Shown piece after piece: positions 1 through 7,160 of a DNA stretch of 12,922 nt. The translations under genes were made by a program, and so were the position numbers. This DNA is from Candidatus Hermodarchaeota archaeon. Its GTDB lineage: Archaea; Asgardarchaeota; Heimdallarchaeia; Hodarchaeales; Hodarchaeaceae. The DNA is taken from contig JBHLKY010000021.1 of assembly GCA_048886185.1 (NCBI GenBank), positions 1 to 12,922 on the forward strand. Reading direction: 5' to 3'. The notes beneath the pieces are model-generated. The model ran no database searches. It was given only the letters and a program-made list of their open reading frames with translations, and had not been told where the DNA came from. Positions within the stretch are counted from its first letter, which is position 1. Each line of letters opens with the position of its first letter.

Positions 1-1
1 A

Positions 2-1987
2 TTTGTTACATTAGGAAGTAGTCGGCCAACACTTCCAACCTATCAAGCATTTGATATAGGCCCAAAATTAAGAGAAATTGGAGTTTCTGACGTCGCTTTA
101 AATCTTGAAACTGAATTTAGTTCAAGCTTTGGCGGTATGGGTGCATCAATAAGCTCTTATAATGAAGGAGACATTGTTTGGAGCCTTTGGTACGATGACA
201 TGACTGGATTATGGCTGAAGCCATACATTGTCGGGGCTATTGGTACTGTTGGAGAGGTTTGGGTTGATCTTGATCTAGATTGGCCAGATCCTTCAGATCC
301 CAGACCAGTACCAGAAATCACACAAGAAGATATCGATTTCATTCTAAGTGAATTTGAAAACAATATATATCCAAAAACTATCTCCTACTTTGCTGAACCA
401 GATTTTCATACAGGAGAAAACTCAGTACTGGCTGGTATGCTTGGTTTACCTAGTGATTATTACTTTGACGCCACTGGACGCACTATCATTATGGTATCAA
501 ACATAGGTGATGAAAATTACTACGATTCAGACTATCCAATTTACATTGCAGGTTTTTATTGGGGTACGTACGAATATTATTTTGACAGGAATATTGTTAA
601 CATTGACGCTTGGAACTTTCAATCTAAACCAAGTACACTAGCACATGAGATGCAACATCTTATCCATGCCGATTATAATTCACTTGACGCCACTTTCATG
701 AATGAAGGATGTTCTACATTCACTGAATGGCTTTGTGGATATGGTGTACCTTGGGGTGATATTGAATGGTACTTAACAACACCAGACAACTCACTCATAG
801 AGTGGGGTGATCAAGGAGGTATAAATATTCTAGCTGATTATGGTGTAGTATTTCTCTGGGCAATGTACCTCAACGATCATTTTGGAACTGAATTTCTAGG
901 TAATTTTGTTCGAACAGGAATACCAGGAATTGATGGTCTTAATTCCGCTCTCTTCCCCAAAAATTTCGACGAAATATATCATGATTGGCGTATAGCTAAT
1001 CTAATTCACTCTGACAATCCAGGAGGAGGTAAATACAACTATAAAACTATCGATCTATCTGAAGCAGAGGTTGAAGCACGAGTTTATGACGTAACTCCAG
1101 GAGAAACACCAATCAAGGGAACGGATTTTGGAGTAACAAGATCTATTCTAGATGACTCAACAAAGATGTATATGGTTAGTTCGTACGGAACAGACTATGT
1201 AAGACTGACAGGTTTTACAGAAGACGATGATGTCCTTTTCCTTTTTGATGGAGACAATGTAGCAAATCTAGCTCCACAATGGAGAAGAGTAGATGAAGAG
1301 AATGATGGAAACGATGATTTAGAATGGTGGTCAACATTAGCAGGAAACCTAGCAGATCTGAGTATTGTTACAGAAGTTACTTTACCAGATACGGAAACTG
1401 TGACTTTATCATTTGATACATATTACCAAATCGAGACTTACTGGGACTTTGGCTTTGTACAAATATCTAATGATGGTGGAGAAACCTGGAGTTCTCTATC
1501 AAATGATTATACAACATCTCTATATGAATCAGGTGCACACCCAGATATTGTCTCTAACCTTCCAGGACTAACTGGTTGGAGCGTCGATTGGATGTCAATG
1601 GACTTCGATCTATCAGATTATAGTGGAGAAACAGTGTTAATACGCTTTCGCTATATGACAGACTGGTATACTGTTTTTGATGGATTCTATGTGGATAACA
1701 TAGCAATTAATGGAGAAACTATTGATAACGCGGATACAGTGGTCACTTTTTCACCATTAGAACCTCCAATGTATGTTGACACTGATTTTGTTGTTACACT
1801 AATTAAAGTCCAAATGAAACGTGGAGTACCAAAATACAGGCATATCAAGACATTCAAGATAAATCATTATACTGAGACATTTGCAAAAATGATTAATGGT
1901 TTTGTAGACGGAAGTGATTATGTCCTTCTGATTGTGAGTCCTACCCAAGGACCTGCAGACTATCAGTTTACGATCTCGTACAAATGA
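2..1987 (+). CDS. Zinc metallopeptidase (gluzincin-type HEXXH + NEGxS) with C-terminal immune-inhibitor-A/MAM-like beta domain; probably secreted; 5'-partial
   Basis: LAHEMQHLIH zinc motif followed by MNEGCSTFTE (third ligand Glu). The C-terminal TLSFDTYYQIETYWDFGFVQISNDGGETW...IRFRYMTD...GFYVDNIAI segment is typical of InhA/M6-associated beta-sandwich domains. The frame is open from position 2 (FVTLGSSRPTLPTYQAFDIGPKLRE...) to the ATG at 137, so the true start probably lies upstream of the window. Confidence 0.8.
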   Translation, partial: FVTLGSSRPTLPTYQAFDIGPKLREIGVSDVALNLETEFSSSFGGMGASISSYNEGDIVWSLWYDDMTGLWLKPYIVGAIGTVGEVWVDLDLDWPDPSDPRPVPEITQEDIDFILSEFENNIYPKTISYFAEPDFHTGENSVLAGMLGLPSDYYFDATGRTIIMVSNIGDENYYDSDYPIYIAGFYWGTYEYYFDRNIVNIDAWNFQSKPSTLAHEMQHLIHADYNSLDATFMNEGCSTFTEWLCGYGVPWGDIEWYLTTPDNSLIEWGDQGGINILADYGVVFLWAMYLNDHFGTEFLGNFVRTGIPGIDGLNSALFPKNFDEIYHDWRIANLIHSDNPGGGKYNYKTIDLSEAEVEARVYDVTPGETPIKGTDFGVTRSILDDSTKMYMVSSYGTDYVRLTGFTEDDDVLFLFDGDNVANLAPQWRRVDEENDGNDDLEWWSTLAGNLADLSIVTEVTLPDTETVTLSFDTYYQIETYWDFGFVQISNDGGETWSSLSNDYTTSLYESGAHPDIVSNLPGLTGWSVDWMSMDFDLSDYSGETVLIRFRYMTDWYTVFDGFYVDNIAINGETIDNADTVVTFSPLEPPMYVDTDFVVTLIKVQMKRGVPKYRHIKTFKINHYTETFAKMINGFVDGSDYVLLIVSPTQGPADYQFTISYK

Positions 1988-1990
1988 TTT

Positions 1991-2038
1991 GATGAGTGAT
2001 CAAAAAAAATCATTCACCATCCCCTTTTTTCTTTTTTT
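1991..2038 (+). terminator. Putative terminator: imperfect hairpin followed by oligo-T tracts
   Basis: Immediately after the TGA at 1985-1987: GATGAGTGAT-CAAAAAAA-ATCATTCACCATC imperfect inverted repeat, then CCCTTTTTTCTTTTTTT. Confidence 0.65.
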
Positions 2039-2203
2039 AAAACGTTATTCTGATTATAGATTTGTGTAATGATTCTCTATCTATTCCGTATGAAATTTCC
2101 AAATAATTTCCTCATGTTTGCAATTAAGATAATTCCATAAATTCTTCTGTAACTATATTAACTCTTAGAATCCCTTTAAGACATTTCTAAGTTTTTATTG
2201 AAA

Positions 2204-2256
2204 ATCAATATTGATCTCATATATATCGATATAATTGAGAAAGAGATATCTCTTTC
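2204..2256. promoter_or_regulatory. Cluster of three perfect palindromes with a TATA-like element upstream of the DUF6206-like gene
   Basis: ATCAATATTGAT (2204-2215), TATATCGATATA (2222-2233) and GAAAGAGATATCTCTTTC (2239-2256). An ATATATAT run at about 2219-2226 is TATA-like. Confidence 0.45.
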
Positions 2257-2277
2257 AATGTTTCTTTAACACCATAA

Positions 2278-3252
2278 ATGAGGCTTCTTATGAACATTAA
2301 TTGGGAATTATTGAATGAATTTGAAAATTCAATTGATACTATTCATCCTGAGAAAGGGAAGGTTCCAATCAATATTCTTGGTTATGGGGAGATTAGTATA
2401 GTTTTTGAAATTGTCAATGATGAACAACAAATTGCTTATAAACGCCTCCCTATATTTGATACAGAATTACAAGTGAATAGACACATCAAAGCTTATAAGC
2501 TTTATCATCAAATTCTTCTAGGACTTGGTCTTACTGTTCCTCCTTTTGATGCAGGATGGATCCGACATCAAAAGGGACCCATTGTACTTTATTGTGCCCA
2601 GGAAAAAGTCCCTGTAGAAACTGTAGGCCATAAGATTATTCATCATTCTATTTCTAAAGACAAGATTAACACATTAGTTCTCCTGCTTATGCGAGAGATG
2701 TATAAAATCTGGGCATTTAACAACCGAAGTAAGAGTTTAAAGGTTGGTTTGGATGGCCAAATATCAAACTGGGTTGTAAAGGATTATGATCCTCACAATC
2801 CTAATATCACAGAGGAATCTCAGCTTATTTATCTCGATACTTCCACACCTATATTTAGGAAACATGGTATAGAGGGGATGGAACCAGTTCTTTTTTTAAA
2901 AAGTGCTCCTTTCTTTCTTAGATGGTTATTGAAAGCGTTGTTTCTTAAAGAAGTAATGGATCGCTATTATGATTGGCGATTAGTGACAATTGATTTGATT
3001 GCGAATTTTTTCAAAGAACAGCGACCTGAATTAATCCCTGATTTAATAGAAGTAGTAAATAATTTCTTCACACAGGAGGTTAAAGACTTAAACATTGAAC
3101 CTCTCACTTATAATGAAGTGAAAAAGTATTATGACGAGGATAAACAGATCTGGGTTATATTCCAAACCGCTCGACGACTTGATCGATATATCCAGACAAA
3201 ATTATTCCGAAAACAGTACAACTTTTATCTTCCAGGAAAAATCGAAAGATAA
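2278..3252 (+). CDS. DUF6206-like protein with protein-kinase-like motifs (start may be ATG 2290)
   Basis: Motifs ILGYGEISIVF, AYKRLP, GLDGQISNW and YLDTSTP, which I recall as characteristic of DUF6206 (no search run). Their order matches the kinase Gly-loop, VAIK, catalytic-loop and DFG elements. Confidence 0.7.
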   Translation: MRLLMNINWELLNEFENSIDTIHPEKGKVPINILGYGEISIVFEIVNDEQQIAYKRLPIFDTELQVNRHIKAYKLYHQILLGLGLTVPPFDAGWIRHQKGPIVLYCAQEKVPVETVGHKIIHHSISKDKINTLVLLLMREMYKIWAFNNRSKSLKVGLDGQISNWVVKDYDPHNPNITEESQLIYLDTSTPIFRKHGIEGMEPVLFLKSAPFFLRWLLKALFLKEVMDRYYDWRLVTIDLIANFFKEQRPELIPDLIEVVNNFFTQEVKDLNIEPLTYNEVKKYYDEDKQIWVIFQTARRLDRYIQTKLFRKQYNFYLPGKIER

Positions 3253-3274
3253 TCATTGTTAAAGGTTTTAGTTT

Positions 3275-5278
3275 TTATTCTCCTACTCGTTTAAGTATAT
3301 TGATTACTTCGGATAATGGGAGATCAAGGAAGTCTCCTGGATTTCTTCCTTTAGAATCTGCGATAACAGTCTGTAATTTCAATCCTGTTCGACTGATGTA
3401 GTTAATATAGGATTGATCCAAATGAAGGATTTCATTGAGTTCCATTAAATCCTCATACTTGGGGAGAGATCCTCCCATATCTTTTCTTAACCAATGCCCT
3501 ACAGTATGTTTATATTCAGGAGGAAATTTTTTAGTTAAGGTGTTTTTAGTCAAACCACTCTTAACTCTATAGAGATTTAGATAGTCTGAAATCATACTTT
3601 GCTTAACTTTGTAATACCTTTTGAGACTAAAATATTGTTCCTCAACAGAAACTCTAGCTCCAGGGGATTGCCCGATATTAATCCTGTCAACATCTTTGAA
3701 CTTCCCATTGTAGTCTTTTCTCGTGTTTTTCTCTGAAACTTGAATATCTTCCAAATCATATTTAGGCTGTACACTTGGATTTATTTCCAAAAGCTTTGGA
3801 ATGCTTTGGACATCCTTCCATAACAGTAAAGAACACGAGGGACAAAAGATTGATTTACTATAATGATGATATCTTGTTAATTCAGTCTTACATGCAGGAC
3901 AAATCATTATAACAGTTTTTTGGCTTCGATCCATATTAATAACTTCTTCTAAAGAATATTTTCCTGATTTCCATTTGACTACAATCCAATGAGGTAATCC
4001 ATTAGGATGAAATGAAAGAACTTTGCCAATAAGTCCTTTATCAGGTGTTTTGTATAGTGTTTGTGGTTTTTCTACCCGATATCCCATAAAATCAGTTTCT
4101 TTCCAGTCATCAGTAATAGTATATTTATGAACAATCCTGATACTATCAAGATTAAACCGATAACGGACAGACTTAATATCTTTGACTAACATGAAAATAG
4201 GAATCCAATCATTTCCTTGAGGTACCACTATCATATTGCGAATGATCCAACCATGATCGTTTAGCTGAGTAATAGAGAAAATATTTACAATATTATGATT
4301 TGGTAACCCTAAAAAGAAAATTCCATCATCGTTTAGTGTGTCAGAAAAATTGTTATTGAAAAGAAGGGGAAGGAATGAATTAAATTCTTTTGTTTCTTTA
4401 AAAATTTTGATAACCACTTTCCCAAAATCAATCTTAAAATCACTAATAATTTTTTCATTTCGTGGAATGGTTAAGTTAGGGACAAGGGGGCGAATTTGAA
4501 AAGATTCTGAGGGAATTCTCTTGATTTTAGCCTTTTTAATGTTACAACGTTTCTTAATGATCTTAATATAGTCATGATAAGCTTCAATCATGATTGAAGA
4601 CATTTTTATTGGATTAAAATATCCTTCAGAAATATTTTGAACCGCTTTACATGTAGTTCCTGATCCTGCGAAAGGATCAAGTATTAACGCATCATTCGGA
4701 AGTCCATATTTTAATAATGCTTCAACAAGCTTCTCAGGATAGGTAGCCATATGTTTAAAAGGTACTGGTTGAAGAGGTATCCTCAAAATATTAGAAATAT
4801 TCGCCTTCTTCAAAAATATGTTGTAATAATTTTGTTTTCCCTTAGAAAACACGAATATTGGTTCATAGGTATTTGTAAATCGATTCTTGACACTTGCAGG
4901 CATGTGATTAGTTTTAAACCAAATTATCAGGTTTTCTAGATTCCATCCATCTGTGACTAAATAATATGCTAATAAATAGGGAATCATGGCTAAAGGGGTA
5001 TTTCCGTACTTACTAACATATTTATCTCCAATATTTAAATAAAAAATTCCCTCTGGTTTTAATTTGAGCCGTAGTAAGTTAAAAATAGTTGTTAATTTTG
5101 ATAGATAACTGATTAGTGTTGATTCATTTCCTATTTGTTCCTTAAATCCGTAATCTCTTTGTGACCAGTAGGGAGGTGAAGTGACTACACAGTCAACGGA
5201 ATTGTCTTCTAATGTAGAGAGACCTGCCCAAACGTCTCCGTGAAGAACTTTATGATCATTCATTGATTCCAAATTCAT
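3275..5278 (-). CDS. Beta-class site-specific DNA methyltransferase (N6_N4_Mtase, SPPY, likely N4-cytosine) with long C-terminal extension
   Basis: VVTSPPY (S codon at 5179) precedes LDPFAGSGTT (4678-4658), the beta-class motif order. Also LKPEGIFYLNIGD, IIWFKTNHMP and HMATYPEKL. The ORF-track start at 5338 is a TTG with a non-homologous leader; ATG 5278 or 5263 is more likely. Confidence 0.88.
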   Translation of the reverse strand: MNLESMNDHKVLHGDVWAGLSTLEDNSVDCVVTSPPYWSQRDYGFKEQIGNESTLISYLSKLTTIFNLLRLKLKPEGIFYLNIGDKYVSKYGNTPLAMIPYLLAYYLVTDGWNLENLIIWFKTNHMPASVKNRFTNTYEPIFVFSKGKQNYYNIFLKKANISNILRIPLQPVPFKHMATYPEKLVEALLKYGLPNDALILDPFAGSGTTCKAVQNISEGYFNPIKMSSIMIEAYHDYIKIIKKRCNIKKAKIKRIPSESFQIRPLVPNLTIPRNEKIISDFKIDFGKVVIKIFKETKEFNSFLPLLFNNNFSDTLNDDGIFFLGLPNHNIVNIFSITQLNDHGWIIRNMIVVPQGNDWIPIFMLVKDIKSVRYRFNLDSIRIVHKYTITDDWKETDFMGYRVEKPQTLYKTPDKGLIGKVLSFHPNGLPHWIVVKWKSGKYSLEEVINMDRSQKTVIMICPACKTELTRYHHYSKSIFCPSCSLLLWKDVQSIPKLLEINPSVQPKYDLEDIQVSEKNTRKDYNGKFKDVDRINIGQSPGARVSVEEQYFSLKRYYKVKQSMISDYLNLYRVKSGLTKNTLTKKFPPEYKHTVGHWLRKDMGGSLPKYEDLMELNEILHLDQSYINYISRTGLKLQTVIADSKGRNPGDFLDLPLSEVINILKRVGE

Positions 5279-5356
5279 CAGTACGGTTATTTGATATTCT
5301 AGGTTACAGTTTAGGTTGTTATAAAGATAAAAGGACAAGTGAACTATTTAAGCATA

Positions 5357-5695
5357 TTAGATAATCATTACATGGAAACCCGCTTTAATCCATGATTCCA
5401 AAGTGGGATGGCCAGATAAACTTCCATCAATAGGTAATTCCTGTCGCTGTGCAGCTTCTAGTGCACCCGTTGCCTTGGCACAAACTTCACAGACTGCAGC
5501 TACTAATTTTTCTTTCTTAAGTTTCTCAAATTTTTCGTATCTTTTATTTTCATATTCACTAATTAGTGTACATGCCTCACTTTCAAAAACAACACCAATT
5601 TCATAACCTTTTTGAGCTAAATCAAACACATTCAAGAGGATATGGGTGAAAACTCCTTTATTGTTATTGAAAAGCACAAAAAGTTGTTTTTTCAT
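5357..5695 (-). CDS. DsrE/DsrF-like family protein
   Basis: 112 aa with VVFESEA, AAVCEVCAKATG (CxxC) and GHPTLESWIKAGFHVMII C-terminus typical of small DsrE-like proteins. SD-like AGGTG lies about 8 nt upstream of the ATG. Confidence 0.75.
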   Translation of the reverse strand: MKKQLFVLFNNNKGVFTHILLNVFDLAQKGYEIGVVFESEACTLISEYENKRYEKFEKLKKEKLVAAVCEVCAKATGALEAAQRQELPIDGSLSGHPTLESWIKAGFHVMII

Positions 5696-5734
5696 CGTTC
5701 AACACCTATTAAATTGAGATCAATAAAACTTGTA

Positions 5735-5751
5735 TAAGAATATTTAAATAT
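5735..5751. promoter_or_regulatory. Palindromic TATA-box-like element between divergent DsrE-like and RuBisCO-like genes
   Basis: ATATTTAAATAT (5740-5751) is a perfect palindrome containing TTTAAATA on both strands. It is preceded on + by purine-rich AAGAA (BRE-like) and lies about 30 bp from ATG 5781 and about 45 bp from ATG 5695. Confidence 0.5.
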
Positions 5752-5780
5752 CCTTGATAAAAAAAGTTGAGGCTTAAGAA

Positions 5781-7139
5781 ATGGTAAAAAGATTGAAAGT
5801 GGATAGTTACGCTGATTTGAAATGGGGATATTACCCCGAGGGAGTACAAGAATCTATTAATTCAGATGATTATGTGATTGGAATCTATTATGCTGCATTC
5901 AGTAGTACTCTTGACCCTTGGTATATGGGAAAAGTAGTTATTCAAGAACAGACAGTTGGTTCTTACTATCCAGTACATAGTGACCCCCGTGAGATCCTTC
6001 GAAGGTTCTCAGGTAAGGTTATCGGGGTTTATGAAATACCCCCTTATGAAATAGGTATTCCAAACGAAGTAAAAGAACGCCAATATATTATTCAAGTTGC
6101 TTATCCCCTTGAAGGATTAGATACGCAATTTCCTCTACTTTTAACTACCCTGATGGGAAATATAAGTATGGGAGGTAAAATAAAACTTCTAGATGTTATC
6201 TTCCCTCAAACCTTTTTATCTGAATTCATAGGACCAAAGTTTGGAATAGAGGGGATTCGAAAACAATTGACTATTCCAGAGCGACCTTTTTTAACAAATA
6301 TAGATCATGCTTATACCTTAGAAGATGGAAAATCTCTCTTCTATGAAGCAGCTATGGGTGGGGCTGATGTTATTAAAGATGATGAAAGTACAGCTGGTGA
6401 TATAAAATACTTGCCATTAGAAGATCGTGTAACAGCTTACATGGAGATGCGAGATAAAGCTAGGGAAGAAACAGGAGAAGATACTATCTATATGGTAAAT
6501 ATAACAACAGGTCCTCAAAAAATAATGGAGAATGCCCAAAAGGCGATCGATTGCGGTACTAATGGACTTATGGTTAATTATCTCACTGTAGGTCTACCTG
6601 TTGTACGTGAATTAGCTGCAGATGAGAGTGTTAAAGTCCCAATCTTGGGACATATGGATTTCGCTGGAGTATATTATGAATCTTCCATGTCTGGTATATC
6701 ATCTTTTCTGATTATGGGGAAGCTTGCCCGATTGGCTGGTCTCGATGCATTAGTATATCCTAGTGCATATAGTAAAGCACCCTTTATTCGTGATAAATAT
6801 CTTGCGTGTGCAAAAGCACTTCGTTATCCCTTTGGCCATTTGAAACCAGTTCTACCAATGCCATCTGGAGGAGTCACTCCTGGTATCGCATTACGTATCA
6901 TGAAAGACCTGGGTAAGGATATTATGATTGGTGCGGGTGTTGGTATTCACTCTCATCCCAAAGGGACTCGTGCAGGAGCCAAAGCTTTTCGTCAAGTAAT
7001 TGATATAGGTATGATACACCTTGATGAAGCAGCTGAAGATCTTGAAGATTATTTAGATGACCATGAAGGAGATTATATCGAATTGCAGCAGGCCTTAGAA
7101 TCATGGGGGAAAGCTGGTATTAAATACCTCGATACTTAG
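5781..7139 (+). CDS. RuBisCO-like protein (form IV RLP), divergent active site
   Basis: GGADVIKDDE carbamylation motif (K codon 6375), EQTVGS (E60 equivalent), LMGNISMGG (N123), FIGPKFGIEGIR, ILGHMDFAG (H294; R295 replaced), YSKAPF (K334), PMPSGG and HSHPKGTRAGA. The lack of R295 and the KPKxG motif excludes a bona fide carboxylase. Confidence 0.9.
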   Translation: MVKRLKVDSYADLKWGYYPEGVQESINSDDYVIGIYYAAFSSTLDPWYMGKVVIQEQTVGSYYPVHSDPREILRRFSGKVIGVYEIPPYEIGIPNEVKERQYIIQVAYPLEGLDTQFPLLLTTLMGNISMGGKIKLLDVIFPQTFLSEFIGPKFGIEGIRKQLTIPERPFLTNIDHAYTLEDGKSLFYEAAMGGADVIKDDESTAGDIKYLPLEDRVTAYMEMRDKAREETGEDTIYMVNITTGPQKIMENAQKAIDCGTNGLMVNYLTVGLPVVRELAADESVKVPILGHMDFAGVYYESSMSGISSFLIMGKLARLAGLDALVYPSAYSKAPFIRDKYLACAKALRYPFGHLKPVLPMPSGGVTPGIALRIMKDLGKDIMIGAGVGIHSHPKGTRAGAKAFRQVIDIGMIHLDEAAEDLEDYLDDHEGDYIELQQALESWGKAGIKYLDT

Positions 7140-7160
7140 ATCAGTAAATGACTTATTATT

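Noticed and set aside
157-363. 68-aa minus-strand ORF
   Set aside because: Antisense shadow of the metallopeptidase with no recognisable motifs.
3592-3774. 60-aa minus-strand ORF inside the MTase (also 4751-4939 on +)
   Set aside because: Alternative-frame or antisense ORFs fully overlapping a well-supported CDS, with no motifs.
5403-5606. 67-aa plus-strand ORF
   Set aside because: Antisense to the DsrE-like gene; Ser/Ala-biased shadow translation.
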